Assembly: GCA_963921275.4 (NCBI GenBank)
Contig: OZ001293.3
Location: 2,528,001-2,592,000 of the forward strand
Direction of reading: 5' to 3'
DNA from: an uncultured Hormoscilla sp.
GTDB lineage: Bacteria; Cyanobacteriota; Cyanobacteriia; Cyanobacteriales; Desertifilaceae
DNA: 64,000 bases
The translations under genes were made by a program, and so were the position numbers. The first letter of the stretch is position 1. Each line of letters opens with the position of its first letter. The notes under the pieces were generated by a model. That model saw nothing but the letters and a program-made list of their open reading frames with translations. It was not told the origin of the DNA and did no database searches. Positions 36,102 through 47,884 of the stretch are shown one piece after another.

Positions 36102-36517
36102 TGCAAGCAACAGAAAAAGAACAGGGTCGCGCCATGTATTGCGGCACAGGCCGCCGCAAGTCATCAGTGGCCAGAGTGCGTCTGGTGCCCGGCAGCGGTC
36201 AACTGACTATTAATGGCAAACCGGGAGACGAGTACCTCCAGTTTAATGCTAGCTACCTGGGAACGACAAAAGCTCCCTTAGAAACCCTAGGCTTAGAAAA
36301 TGAGTATGATATAATCGTTAAGGTCGTAGGCGGTGGCTTGACCGGACAGTCTGACTCGATTCGCCTAGGAATAGCTAGAACCCTCTGCGATCTGGATCCA
36401 GAGAACCGCAAACCTTTGAAAATTGAAGGCTACTTAACCCGCGACCCCCGTGCTAAAGAGCGCAAAAAGTACGGTTTGCGTAAAGCCCGGAAAGCCCCTC
36501 AATACTCCAAGCGCTGA
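36101..36517 (+). CDS. rpsI: 30S ribosomal protein S9
   Basis: [31 protein letters not shown]. Confidence 0.98.
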   Translation: MQATEKEQGRAMYCGTGRRKSSVARVRLVPGSGQLTINGKPGDEYLQFNASYLGTTKAPLETLGLENEYDIIVKVVGGGLTGQSDSIRLGIARTLCDLDPENRKPLKIEGYLTRDPRAKERKKYGLRKARKAPQYSKR

Positions 36518-36631
36518 GGAAACTGGTATCAGACTACTCTTAAGAGTGCTGTGAGTTGGGAAGAGGTTGGCTCTTGCAGATACCAATCATTCCCAGGCAG
36601 ATTACAGCAAAAGCGGCAATAAATATATATA

Positions 36632-36784
36632 ACTCAAGTTGCTACCTATAAAAAATTCTACCTCTCAAACAGCCATTTTTGGTAAATATATCCGCAAAAA
36701 TGCCATTTGGGGGTAAATTATAAGGCGATTTTCGCCGATTTTGGCTAATTTTGGTGTTAAGTTTCTATAGGTAGCAACTTAGGT
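36632..36784. mobile_element. ~153-bp IS982-derived MITE
   Basis: TIRs ACTCAAGTTGCTACCTATA / TATAGGTAGCAACTTAGGT; TATATA flanks; same end type as 40722-40738. Confidence 0.75.
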
Positions 36785-36863
36785 TATATAGCAATAAAAG
36801 ATATAATACACGAAACGATCGAATAAAGTTAAAATAGACTAAGCAAGTGAAAAGGAGAAAATA

Positions 36864-37112
36864 ATGTCAAAAAAAGACATTCATCCCCAGTGGTATCCAG
36901 AAGCGAAGGTTTATTGCAACGGGGAATATGTAATGACTGTGGGTTCGACTAAACCAGAACTGCATGTGGATGTATGGTCAGGCAATCATCCATTTTACAC
37001 GGGCACCCAGAAGATAATTGACACGGAAGGACGAGTTGAGCGCTTCCTACGGAAATATGGCATGATGTCACAAGGGGAGACGACAGCAGCAGCCTCAAAG
37101 GATAAGAAGTAG
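36864..37112 (+). CDS. rpmE: 50S ribosomal protein L31
   Basis: DIHPQWY, HPFYTG..GRVERF. Confidence 0.97.
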   Translation: MSKKDIHPQWYPEAKVYCNGEYVMTVGSTKPELHVDVWSGNHPFYTGTQKIIDTEGRVERFLRKYGMMSQGETTAAASKDKK

Positions 37113-37232
37113 CGGCGATCGCACACCAGAAGGTTGTCAGTGGCCCGGGAGGGCGGAAAAAATCGGAAAACTGACCGCCGGTACCAAGGCATAAAATCGC
37201 ACATTGCTACAAGAGGGATTGAGGACAGTCCA

Positions 37233-38330
37233 ATGACTGAAACTTATCTGCTGTCAAAGCTAAAATCGGTTGAAGAAACTTTTAATGAATTGACGAAACG
37301 TCTGGCAGACCCGGATATCGCCACAGATCCAACAGAGGTGCAGCGGGTGGCAAAAGCCCGATCGTCCCTAGAGGAGGTGGTGAATACTTTCGATCTGTGG
37401 AAAGGGACAACTACAGAGTTGGAGGGAGCCAAAGAGGTACTCAAAGAAGCTAACGGCGACTCGGAAATGGAGTCAATGGCAGATGGAGAGGTGAAAGAAC
37501 TGGAAACAAAGCTCTCAGACCTGGAGCATCGCTTGAAGATTTTGCTCTTACCCCAGGATCCTCTAGATAAGAAAAACATCATGCTGGAAATTAGAGCAGG
37601 TACGGGCGGTGATGAAGCTAGTATCTGGGCAGGAGATTTGGTGCGGATGTACTCCCGCTATGCGGAAAGCCAAAAGTGGCAAGTGCAGCTATTGAGCGAG
37701 TCGCCAGCAGAAATGGGGGGCTTTAAGGAGGCAATTCTAGAAATCCAAGGCGATCGGGTATACAGTAAACTGAAGTTTGAAGCAGGAGTCCACCGAGTTC
37801 AGCGAGTGCCAGTGACGGAAGCGGGGGGAAGGGTTCACACTTCCACGGCAACGGTAGCGGTGATGCCAGAGGTGGATGATGTAGAAGTCGAAATTGACCA
37901 GAAGGATTTGGAAATATCGACAGCTCGCTCCGGTGGCGCAGGGGGACAAAATGTCAATAAGGTGGAAACGGCAGTTGACCTGTTTCATAAACCGACGGGG
38001 ATCCGGATTTTTTGTACAGAAGAACGCTCGCAGCTGCAAAACCGGGAGCGGGCTATGCAAATATTGCGGGCAAAGCTCTATGATATGAAGCTGCGAGAAC
38101 AGCAGGAAGCGGTTACGGATATGCGGCGATCGCAAGTAGGAACTGGTGCAAGATCGGAAAAAATCCGCACCTACAACTACAAAGATAACCGAGTGACGGA
38201 CCATCGCCTTTCTCAGAATTTCGTGCTCGCGCCGATGCTAGAAGGAAACCTGGAAAGCACAATTCAAGCATGCATTGCCCAAGATCAGCAGGAACGGCTA
38301 GTAGAACTGGCAACTCAAGGCTCTCCTTAG
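37233..38330 (+). CDS. prfA: peptide chain release factor 1
   Basis: PVT motif, GGQ motif, IRTYNY. Confidence 0.97.
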   Translation: MTETYLLSKLKSVEETFNELTKRLADPDIATDPTEVQRVAKARSSLEEVVNTFDLWKGTTTELEGAKEVLKEANGDSEMESMADGEVKELETKLSDLEHRLKILLLPQDPLDKKNIMLEIRAGTGGDEASIWAGDLVRMYSRYAESQKWQVQLLSESPAEMGGFKEAILEIQGDRVYSKLKFEAGVHRVQRVPVTEAGGRVHTSTATVAVMPEVDDVEVEIDQKDLEISTARSGGAGGQNVNKVETAVDLFHKPTGIRIFCTEERSQLQNRERAMQILRAKLYDMKLREQQEAVTDMRRSQVGTGARSEKIRTYNYKDNRVTDHRLSQNFVLAPMLEGNLESTIQACIAQDQQERLVELATQGSP

Positions 38331-38641
38331 AGACAAAGAGGGTAGTGGTTTGGCAAAATACCAAGAGAGGGGAATCGGACTGCCTGCCTTGATCGCTGGC
38401 AATTCCCCAGTCAGATCGCCCAGATGTCGGCCAGGTCACAAGCTTACCAGCAGGCGTGGGAGACCTGGGCAGGGAAAAATTTTATGGTGTTGCACTTCGG
38501 ACGGGATGATAGACATAGTTGCAAGAGTTTAAAACCTAGACTACAAGCGACTTTCAGTAGCGTAGCCTGTGTAAAAAGAGTATCATCCCCAAAATGTGCA
38601 ACGCCAAATTTATATAGTTCCTCAGCGAATGGTGCCCCGTT

Positions 38642-39496
38642 ATGCCACAACCTAACCCACAATCGATCGCGCAGCTCCTGAACCAGTCCCTGGAACCCCT
38701 AGGCATTACTGCGAAAGCGGTGATTAAGCAAGATTGCTTACACATATTGCTGGAGTCAGATGAGGTCCCAGAGAAACAAGAGCTCGTGGGATTAGTCTCG
38801 GAAGAAATTTTCAGCCAGTCCATTGAAGGCATTCCCAAAATGTTGGTTTATGGACGGAGGGAGGGAATTAAGCAACCAGACTGGAGTGAGGAAGTAGACC
38901 TGTTAGCTGCTCCGCCTCCTGATGAGGAGGAATTTCCTGAGGAAGAGGAAAAAGAAGATGATGAAGGACCGTTGGATGATTATGATGAACCAACGGACAT
39001 GGAAGAGGAGTTGAGCGAAGATGACTCCCCAGGAGAAGAGTCCAAACCCAAGAGTGTCGACAAAATCAAAAAACTGCTTCCCATTGCTGCTATCATATTG
39101 GTGGTGTCGCTGCTGGGATCTGGGGTGTGGTGGTTCTTGAATCGAAATCTGGCACCGCAACAACCCCAGGTAAAGGAACCGGCACCTAAGCCATCGACAG
39201 TACCGGCGCAGCAGCTTCCTCAACCAGCAAATCAGACTTCCCCAGGGACTGGGGGGGTGGATCCGGCTCAAGGCTGGAGGTTGGCAATTAATAAAGCTAC
39301 TTCAGCAGCAGAGTTAACCCAAACGGCTCAAACAAAGGCTGATTGGGAAACGGTTGCTAGTCAGTGGACTGAGGCGATCAAACTGCTGAAAATTGTCCCG
39401 TCGGACCATCCAGAATATAACAGAGCGCAACAAAAAATAGTGGAGTATCAGAGAAATCTGGAATACGCTCAAAGGGTAGCTAATTCTCGCCCATAA
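38642..39496 (+). CDS. single-TM hypothetical protein with acidic linker
   Basis: 284 aa; TM segment IAAIILVVSLLGSGVWWF; cyanobacterial-type C-terminal helical domain. Confidence 0.75.
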   Translation: MPQPNPQSIAQLLNQSLEPLGITAKAVIKQDCLHILLESDEVPEKQELVGLVSEEIFSQSIEGIPKMLVYGRREGIKQPDWSEEVDLLAAPPPDEEEFPEEEEKEDDEGPLDDYDEPTDMEEELSEDDSPGEESKPKSVDKIKKLLPIAAIILVVSLLGSGVWWFLNRNLAPQQPQVKEPAPKPSTVPAQQLPQPANQTSPGTGGVDPAQGWRLAINKATSAAELTQTAQTKADWETVASQWTEAIKLLKIVPSDHPEYNRAQQKIVEYQRNLEYAQRVANSRP

Positions 39497-39665
39497 GTAT
39501 AAGTATATAGTTTCTCGGCAGGAAATTGTCAAGGGAAAACATCTGATCGCCCGTGGAGTCCCGATAGCCAACTGGGAGGCTGTGGGCTGATTTTATGATT
39601 TTTTAAGGCCATACTCTGATGCCCAGTCTAGAATGGAGATGCATCGGAGTTAGGCTGGAGCAAAT

Positions 39666-40724
39666 ATGATGGAAACTATTATCGGGACGGCTTTAGTTCT
39701 ATTCATCTGTCTGGGAGTTTCGGGGCTGAAAATAGATCGGGAATATCAGCGGGGGGTGATTTTTCGCCTCGGGAGGATGAAAAGTGTCAGGGGTCCGGGG
39801 ATGTATTGGATTATTCCCGTGCTCGACCAAAAAAAAAAAGTGGATATTCGCACCAAAACTGTAGATATCCAGCCACAAGAAACGATTACTGCTGATAGCG
39901 TTACGATCAAGGTAAATGCTGTCCTATACTATCGCTTAATTGACCCGGACAAAGCCATCAATAAGGTAGAAAACTACGAGAGGGCCGTATATCAAACGGC
40001 CCTGACTACTTTACGCAACGTGGTTGGTCAAAATATCCTGGATGACGTGCTGCAAAACCGCGATAAAATTAACAATACAATCCAAGAAATTGTCGATGAA
40101 GTTACGGGACCTTGGGGGGTGGTGATCGAACGGGTGGAAATGAAAGATGTGGAAATTCCTCCCAGTATGCAACGGGCGATGGCCAAAGAAGCGGAAGCGG
40201 TCCGGGAAAAACGCGCTCGCTTGATTAAAGCAGCAGCGGAACAGGAAGCTTCGATTAAATTAGCTGAAGCTTCTCAGAAGATTGTAGAAAACCCAGCGGC
40301 ATTAGAACTGCGACGCTTGCAAATGCTGACGGAAATTGGGGCGGAAAATAATACTACTACGGTGCTGATGATGCCTTCGGATTTTCTCATGATGGCAAAA
40401 AACTTATCAGATGCTGCGCAAGCACCGGATAAGTCACAAACTCAACCAGCAGAAAAGCAAGAAACGGTGATTTCAGAAACGGGATCCCCCCGATCGCTGC
40501 AAGAGTCGTCAAGTATAATGTTAAAACCTTTGCGAAAAAAGAACTCAAAAAGAAAAGAATCTTCTTGTTTTGAATATATACAAAAAGTAACAATAAAACA
40601 AGTTGAAACCTGTTTTAGTCGAATCACCAATTTGTTTCCCAAGTCAATTCATGCTGTTACATCTAAGGGATTAGAGTTGAAAATAATTCTCTTTATCATA
40701 GCTTTTTGTATCCAATTTTTATAG
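39666..40724 (+). CDS. SPFH/slipin (stomatin-like) protein with an IS982-derived C-terminus
   Basis: YQRGVIFRLGR, RAMAKEAEA; last ~65 aa transposase-like (PKSIHAVT..GLELK). Confidence 0.85.
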   Translation: MMETIIGTALVLFICLGVSGLKIDREYQRGVIFRLGRMKSVRGPGMYWIIPVLDQKKKVDIRTKTVDIQPQETITADSVTIKVNAVLYYRLIDPDKAINKVENYERAVYQTALTTLRNVVGQNILDDVLQNRDKINNTIQEIVDEVTGPWGVVIERVEMKDVEIPPSMQRAMAKEAEAVREKRARLIKAAAEQEASIKLAEASQKIVENPAALELRRLQMLTEIGAENNTTTVLMMPSDFLMMAKNLSDAAQAPDKSQTQPAEKQETVISETGSPRSLQESSSIMLKPLRKKNSKRKESSCFEYIQKVTIKQVETCFSRITNLFPKSIHAVTSKGLELKIILFIIAFCIQFL

Positions 40725-40738
40725 GTCGCAACTTGAGT
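40510..40738 (+). mobile_element. IS982-family 3' remnant
   Basis: VETCFSRI..FPKSIHAVT; right end TAGGTCGCAACTTGAGT; left boundary approximate. Confidence 0.65.
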
Positions 40739-40849
40739 TAGAAAAATATGAAGATAAACACTATCCAATGGGCAACTCTAGCCCACTCTCAATGCTTCTC
40801 CATCTTCTGGAAGCTAGGGGTTTGGCAGGTGTTAATTGATGTTTTAGGT

Positions 40850-40966
40850 GATCAGTCCGTGACTGAAGAAATTATTAACGGCAAAACGGAAATTAGTAAA
40901 TAGAACGCTCATGCTTTAGGGAAATTTTTCCATGTGGAGCCAGACTTTTTTCTGCCAACTCCATAA
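40850..40966 (+). pseudogene. HigA-like HTH antitoxin C-terminal fragment
   Basis: EIINGKTEISK*..ALG.FFHVEPDFF. Confidence 0.45.
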
Positions 40967-41200
40967 ATAGGTGGCTCCCCCTGGGGTAGGCACTTGCGCA
41001 CTGGTGACCTACGATATGATGGAATGCGCGATCGCAGGGACAGGTAGAAATTTACTGTTGTCCAATTCTGCGGAATTGTCGTTGATGTGTTACCGGGTTT
41101 GCGGTTGAATTTACGTCGGATATGGGGATTTGCCCTATAAATATACCGAAAGTAGATTGCGTTTTTGAGGGCGAACAGACTACATTTGAGGATAATCGTT

Positions 41201-41575
41201 ATGGCGACTGAAACCTGGATAGTTTACAAAACGGAGAGTATGAGCGCGAGCGGGTGGTCAGAGCGCATGTTGATGCCCGAGGAAAGTCTGACTAACATTC
41301 TAGAAGAAAACTGGAGTTCTGAGCAAACGCTGACCATTCCTCAATCGGGCGATCGCACCCGCGCTTACAAATATTCTGACATGGACGAGAACATTACCCA
41401 TGCTAGAGAAGGAGATTGGGTGGTCACGAGAGTCGAAAGATTCGCTAGCTTTGACACGGACAATTGCATCGTGGTATGTTATTGTAAGTATGACCTGATC
41501 GAGCCTGAATGGAGAGAAGTTCGTCGCGGTCCTAGTGTCAATGAATTATTGCAGAGGTCGCCAATTGCTTTTTGA
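41201..41575 (+). CDS. hypothetical protein
   Basis: GAGG RBS, 124 aa. Confidence 0.6.
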   Translation: MATETWIVYKTESMSASGWSERMLMPEESLTNILEENWSSEQTLTIPQSGDRTRAYKYSDMDENITHAREGDWVVTRVERFASFDTDNCIVVCYCKYDLIEPEWREVRRGPSVNELLQRSPIAF

Positions 41576-41645
41576 CGGCAAAAAATATATCTCCTCCATC
41601 CGATAGGACCGATCGCATTTGTATATGATGCGATCGGTCCGCAAT

Positions 41646-42119
41646 TTACTCCAGTGCCGTAGTTAGAGCGTATTGGTAAAGTCGCAGACTGATGCGCATT
41701 CCCCGTACAATCAACTCATCAAGTATATCTTTGACATTAGGAATTAATCCTTGCTGTTTTGCCAGTAGCAGCGTTCCCACCATACCGATGACAGATAAGT
41801 TTCTCAATTTCGCCACCCGCCGTCCTGCACGTTCATCCATTAACAGATGATCTGCCCCTAACTCTTCAGCTAAGATAATCGCTCTTACTTCACCCAAGTC
41901 AAGACCTGTATCAGCTTGGAGCTGATTTATTTTTTCCTCATCACTGACAGAGTATACAGAAATCCAGGTTGCCGATCTAACTGCTGTAGCTGCCGTATTC
42001 CTCTTGTTAACTCATCATATACTTCTTGGGGAATAATGACCGATCCAAATACATCCCCTAACAAATTCATCTGTCCAACTTTTGCCAGTTCGCTCAGTCG
42101 TATTAGAAACAACAATCAC
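41646..42119 (-). pseudogene. DUF3368-like PIN-domain protein, frameshifted
   Basis: MIVVSNT..IIPQEVYDEL..LDLGEVRAI..LLMDERAGR..GTLLLAKQQGLI. Confidence 0.75.
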
Positions 42120-42350
42120 TGCTTGTCTTGCTCCAGCTTGCGAGCAGCAAGGGCCACCTCTGCCTGGAATTCTTCCAATGTCATGCTATCATCAAAGGGT
42201 GAAATGTCATACTTGCTCATTAAGTCCAACACCTGTAAGCGGGAAATCGAGAGCAATCTTGCTGCTCGTCCGCTACTGATATCCCCTTGTTCTAACAGCG
42301 ACATAATTAAGGCTTCTTTGGCTTTGCGATATGCCTCTAACCGATGCGCT
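42116..42350 (-). pseudogene. UPF0175-like antitoxin, 5' end disrupted
   Basis: LLEQGDISSGRAARLLSISRLQVLDLM; overlaps the PIN gene start. Confidence 0.65.
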
Positions 42351-42439
42351 TCTAGTATGCCTGTCACGGGAATGAGCTCATTCAACTTGCATCGGTGATT
42401 CTTTCCTTTCCATAGTTTTCGGTCTCCTCTCTGATATGG

Positions 42440-43010
42440 TAGCTCATATCCTTTCGGGTAGGGGCTCAGGGTCGCGCCTATCGATCGCATTTGGATATGA
42501 TGCCGTGCCGTGCCCGCCCCGGATGGACTTTTTTGATATGATGCCAAAGATCGATCGTCCCTTCCCCCGACAGGATATTCCCTCACCCATGGCATCAGGG
42601 CACCGGTCATAGAAGGAGGCGATCGCCCTTCGGTAGGGGCACTGTGTAAGCACATGGTCGCCCCTGTCGGTAAGATCGAAAGGCGATCGCATGGCATTAC
42701 GCGATCGGGAACGGGGCGCAAGCAAGGATAATGTAGGAGCAGGGCATCCATAACATTTGGATATGAAGCGAAATATTTATCATGTGGTCCCTGAGCGCAG
42801 TCGAAGGGCCGTGCCCGCCCCGAATGGACTTTTTTGAATCCAACTTTCCAATGCCCGATCGTCCGCACCCACCCTTGCGCCCGGCCCCACCAGTAAACTG
42901 GGGGATGAACGGACGCTCTCCAAACCCATCCGGGCAGTTCGACTGCGCTCACCGCAAGCCGAGGGCAATAAGATATCTTGGCGGCAGAAGTGCATAAATC
43001 CCTTTGGCAA
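42440..43010. repeat. cluster of REP-like palindromes
   Basis: GCCGTGCCCGCCCC twice; CCCTGAGCGCAGTCGAAGGG with inverted TTCGACTGCGCTCA. Confidence 0.5.
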
Positions 43011-43612
43011 GCTCGAATACATGGTAACAGCGAATTCCCCCAAACTACGGTACTCAGATATGGACAAACAACGCTTTGATGCCTATTACAATCTAATTGA
43101 CGCCCTGCTCGAATGCCCAGAGGGGCAGGAAAACGAGATATTGCAAGCACGCCCAGACTTAGTGGATCGGGAGTTGGTGCAGGTGATGGAGCAGGTAGCG
43201 GCACCCATGCCTGCCCGGAGGAGGGAGATGGCAATGCTCGTTGGTTGCGGAGATTGGCCGCACGCCTAGCAGTGGAGACTTCCTCGGCGTCAGCTACCTG
43301 GGAAGACTATTGGAATTTCTTGATAGAGGTGTTGGAGGTGGTTGCAGAAAACGATGCGCCAGAAGCGGTGTATCCCCTGCTGAAACAAAACCTGGACAAA
43401 CTGGATACTAACTTGTGGCGGGTATTGCAAGACTTCGGAGAATGGCTGCAACAGAGGGAACCGGAAAGAGCACGAAGCATAGCAGCTGATATTGGTAATT
43501 TCAGTATCCAGATGTGGGAGTTTCCCCTGGGCGATCAGGCGATAAATCTAGAGATTGCCATAGCTGGTTATGAAATTTGCCTGACTGTTTTTCCTCCAGA
43601 AGAATTTCCCCA

Positions 43613-44143
43613 AGAATGGGCAACGACTCAGAATAATCTGGGGAATGCTTACAGTGACCGGATAGCAGGAGAGCGCAGCGAGAATCTAGAAAGGGCGATC
43701 GCCTGTTACCATGATGCCCTGAAAGTCTACACCCCCACAGCCTTTCCCGTCGATTGGGCAACGACTCAGAATAATCTGGGGAATGCTTACAGTGACCGGA
43801 TAGCAGGAGAGCGCAGCGAGAATATAGAAAGGGCGATCGCCTGTTACCATGGTGCCCTGAAAGTCTACACCCCCACAGCCTTTCCCGTCGATTGGGCTAT
43901 GACTCAGAATAATCTGGGTACTGCTTACAAAGACCGGATAGCAGGAGAGCGCTCCGAGAATATAGAAAGGGCGATCGCCTGTTACCATGATGCCCTGAAA
44001 GTCTACACCCCCACAGCCTTTCCCGTCGATTGGGCTATGACTCAGAATAATCTGGGTACTGCTTACAAAGACCGGATAGCAGGAGAGCGCTCCGAGAATA
44101 TAGAAAGGGCGATCGCCTGTTACCATGATGCCCTGAAAGTCTA
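43613..44143 (+). repeat. 120-bp tandem repeats (about 4.4 copies) encoding 40-aa TPRs
   Basis: near-identical units. Confidence 0.9.
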
Positions 44144-44547
44144 CACTGCAACAACTATTTCGCTAGAATGCTTCCAAACTGGACGCAACTTAGGCAACAC
44201 AGCTTTTACAGCGGGGTTGTGGGAAACAGCGATCGAAGGATACGCCCTTGCCATCGAAGCCGTAGAAAAGAGTCGTGCTTGGGCGACCACAGAAGAACGC
44301 CGCCAGGAAATCTTAGAACAATCGATCGGGGTTTTCGAAAACATGGTACAGTCCTGCGTCAATACCGGGCAGCTTGACAAAGCCTTAGAATATGTCGAAC
44401 GTTCCTGTTCCAAACGCCTCGCCGACCTCATCGCCCACAACGACCTGTATGCTAAAGGAGAGATTCCCCCAGAAATCCAGCAGATTATCGGCAAGATTAA
44501 CCACCTGCAACAACAAATAGACGGAATGCGGTCTGAGGAAACTCCTC

Positions 44548-45409
44548 GGCGTTGCACATTTTCGGGATGATGGGTTAATGCAGATTATGATAATCTGCAA
44601 TTTTACAGGAAGAATTTATGATTGATATGATTAATTTTTTCTCAGTAGTCATAATTAGTGTTATCATGGAGCGTAAGGGTAACTAATTAGCTAAAGGAGT
44701 TGAACATGAAATGTCCCCGATGTGGTTCTGAAAAAATCAATAAAAATGGTCACCGACGCAGCAAACATAATTTAATTTGTAAGGCTTGTCGCCGTCAGTT
44801 TCTCGAACATTATTATCCGCGCCGTTCCATAGGAAGATGTCAAGAAAAATTGTTTAAAGATGTACGTTAATGGCAAGGGATTTCGAGGTATTGAAAGGAG
44901 CGTCAACCATAATACTCAAATTAATTGGGTAAAACAAGCAGCTAAAGAATTACCGTCAATCCCTGAAAACTACGAGATTCCGGAGGTTGTAGAGATTGAC
45001 GAGTTGCATACTTATGTAAATGAAAAAAAGAATAAAAGTGGCTATGGACAGTCGTAAATCATTTTAAGCCAGGGATTATAACATGGGTATTAGGTGATCG
45101 AGAGCGCCGAAACTTTTAAGCCGGGATATTATAAAATGTTGACAATGCTTTTTCTACGTTACTGATGGATGGCCTGTCTATCAAATGTTTATTGAAGATC
45201 TTGACCATATAGTCAGCAAAACCTACATGACCCGTGTTGAAGGTGAAAATTGTCGATTAAGACATTATCTAGCTCGATTAAAAAGAAAAACATTATGTTA
45301 CTCAAAGTCCGAAGAAATGTTAAGGCTTTCAATTAAGTTATTATTGCACTATCTACGTTATAATTCTGTACCTGTTTCTAGTTAAATCATCCCGTAATTG
45401 TGCAACGCC
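44548..45409 (+). mobile_element. IS1-family element with degenerate insAB
   Basis: TIRs GGCGTTGCACA; 8-bp duplication AACTCCTC; EIDELHTYV, TRVEGENCRLRHYLARL. Confidence 0.92.
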
Positions 45410-46105
45410 AACTCCTCAAAGGGACAAAGAACTCGTAGGAACTAGCAAGCTAAGGTGCGACAAGGCAGCTTTAACAGCCCTCAATGAAGAGATTGCCGCC
45501 TTAGAAGCCGAGAAACTGCAACAGCGGCAAAAACTCTACAAACTCGACCCCGCCATAGCAGGACTTCACCTCAACTTTACCCAACTGCAAAAACTCATCG
45601 ACCAACCTACCACTGCCATTCTCAGTTTCTACACGACAGACGACCACACCCACATCTTCATCCTGCGCCAAAACCAGATTACCCTCCACACCTGCCCCGG
45701 ACAAAGACTAGAGACATTGCAAATCTGGATCGGCAAGAACTGGTTGCGATCCTATATAAACATCAGTAGAGCTGCAATATTCGCAGCCGCTAAGATTCTG
45801 CGATGCCGACTCCAAGCGGTTAATTCCGTGAATATAGCAGATGACCCAGTAGTCGTAAAACTCAATGATGGTTCCGAACAGTTCATTGCCAAGCCCGAGT
45901 TTGAGGAAATGCGCAAACAAGAAAAAGCCAGACTGCACGCCATATGGATGAAAAAGATGCACCCCATTCTCAGGAAACTTGCCCAGCGCTTGCGCCTCAA
46001 CGACTTAATCGCCCAGCACCTATAAGGAATCAGCGAACTCATCCTCATTCCTCACCTGTTACTGCACCAGATTCCCCTCGCCGCCTTACCCCTCGGCAAA
46101 TCCAT

Positions 46106-46228
46106 GTCATTGCGAGCGGAAGGCACTGGAGCGAAGCAATCCCCTGGTGATGTGGGTGAGATTGCTTCGGGGGGCGCATCAAGTTGCCAAACTTCAGACA
46201 GATCTAAACACGCCCCCCTCGCAATGAC
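46106..46228. repeat. palindromic element read in frame within the CHAT gene
   Basis: GTCATTGCGAG..GAAGCAATC..GAGATTGCTTC..CTCGCAATGAC. Confidence 0.75.
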
Positions 46229-46313
46229 AGACAATCGAGTTCAATACCTCGGCGATAAATTCCTTATCCGCACCCTTGCCAGTTGCCAAATCCTCGACTT
46301 TTGCCACCAAACC

Positions 46314-47123
46314 CCAGCTCTTGATGGTAACCTGACAATGGGCACCGTAGAAGATACTAAAGACAACCTCCCCTTCAGCAACTGGGAAGCGCAAACCGTA
46401 GCGGAACAGTACAACATCCCAGACAGGCTGCGACTCAAAAAGGAAAAAGCCAAGGTCAGCGAATACCAGAAGCTATTGCAGCAGGTTAACAGTCTCCTAT
46501 CTACCCACTACGCCCAATCTCGCCTCGATAATCCCCTGGAATCAGCGAAAGATGCGCTACGCGCTTCTTTCGCAGCCCGTCGTTCCTGTCAACTGGCGGT
46601 ATAAGTGGTTATGGCTTTATGGTGCAAGTCCATCCCCAGTCTGGGGAAACATATTGGTGGATCCTCCCTTATGTGCGGATTGACTTGTTTAATAGAGTCC
46701 TGGCCGACTTCGCTCAACCCAGCTCTTGATGGTAACCTGACAATGGGCATTGTAGAAGATACCAAGGACAACCTCCTTTTCAGCAACTGGGAAGCGCAAA
46801 CCGTAGCGGAACTGTACAACATCCCAGACAGGCTGCGACTCAAAAAGGAAATAGCCAAGGTCAGCGAATATCAGAAGCTTTTGCAGCAGGTTAACAGTCT
46901 CCTATCTACCCACCACGCCCAATCTCGCCTCGATAATCCCCTGGAATCAGCGAAAGGTGCGCGTAGCGCTTCTTTCGCAGCCCGTCGTTCCTGTCAACTG
47001 GCGGTATAAGTGGTTATGGCTTTATGGTGCAAGTCCATCCCCAGTCTGGAGAAACATTTTGGTGGATCCTCCCTTATGTGCGGATTGACTTGTTTAATAG
47101 AGTCCTGGCCGACTTCGCTCAAC
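46314..47123 (+). repeat. 405-bp tandem duplication spanning the CHAT/IS630 junction
   Basis: constant offset of 405 between copies; few substitutions. Confidence 0.9.
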
Positions 47124-47355
47124 CTAAAGGTATTGGCAAACAAAAACGGGTAATTCTGGTATGGGATCAGGCTGGATGGCATACTAGCTCTCAAGTAGAA
47201 ATCCCAGAGGGCATGCACATCATGTTCGTGCTCTCTCACTGTCGGGAAATGCAGCCAGCCGAACGCTTATGGCTCCTGACTAATGAAGTGATCGCCAATC
47301 GGTGTTTTGAAACACTAGGACAATTGGAGGAGTTGTTATTTCAGCGTTGCCATTC
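46975..47355 (+). pseudogene. IS630-family transposase 3' fragment
   Basis: HPQSGETFWWILP..VWDQAGWH..QPAERLW. Confidence 0.85.
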
Positions 47356-47532
47356 TCTTCTACTCTCTACTCCCTACTCCCTAACCGAGAAGTATTGGGG
47401 GCAGGGCATCAGTTAATTTATTCTTTTACCTGATGGTTGACTGAGGCTGTGCCCCTACCGGTACCCGATGGTTGACAAATGCTGTGCTCCCAAGGTGAAG
47501 GCCGCACGCTGTAGACCTTAATTCTGAGAGAA

Positions 47533-47742
47533 TTAATTTTTTTCTGTTTCGTCAATTATCCGCTTGAACAATTCAAGTTGTTGTTGTTCTTCTTCTCTAG
47601 TCTGGGGCGGATGGAACCATATGGCTTCTGAGTCAGGAGTACGACGACTATAGAGAATTCGCAAAGGTTCAACCTCCTCCCGATGCGCAAGTGCATAGGC
47701 GATCAGTTCTTTATTCGTCATTACTTCAAAATTATGTTGCAT
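47533..47742 (-). CDS. DUF6887-like small protein
   Basis: NFEVMTNKELIAYALAHRE. Confidence 0.65.
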   Translation of the reverse strand: MQHNFEVMTNKELIAYALAHREEVEPLRILYSRRTPDSEAIWFHPPQTREEEQQQLELFKRIIDETEKN

Positions 47743-47884
47743 TTAAAAACCTCCACAGTCCGTTAGGTGGTACGATGATTTGCAAGTCTTCCTCTGCTAA
47801 AATGAAGACAATTCCCGTTTGATCGTCAAAACGGAATAGCTGGATGTCCCGGTAACAATTGGACAACATCTGACAGACTCGCAT
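47732..47884 (-). CDS. DUF6888-like small protein (start uncertain)
   Basis: CQMLSNCYRDIQLFRFD..VFILAEEDLQIIVPPNGLWRF; overlaps partner gene. Confidence 0.55.
   Translation of the reverse strand: MRVCQMLSNCYRDIQLFRFDDQTGIVFILAEEDLQIIVPPNGLWRFLNAT

Larger units (their letters stand above)
43060..46960 (+). pseudogene. TPR + CHAT-domain protein, frameshifted, split by IS1 and truncated by IS630
   Basis: MDKQRFDAYYNLIDALL; WATTQNNLG TPRs; LILIPHLLLHQIPLAAL; YLGDKFLIR. Confidence 0.85.

Noticed and set aside
42116..43234. 372-aa minus-strand ORF
   Set aside because: Chance read-through of GC-rich repeats; only the last ~75 aa resemble a real protein
43613..44143. DGR-like variable repeats
   Set aside because: Ordinary TPR tandem repeats; differences are not adenine-specific
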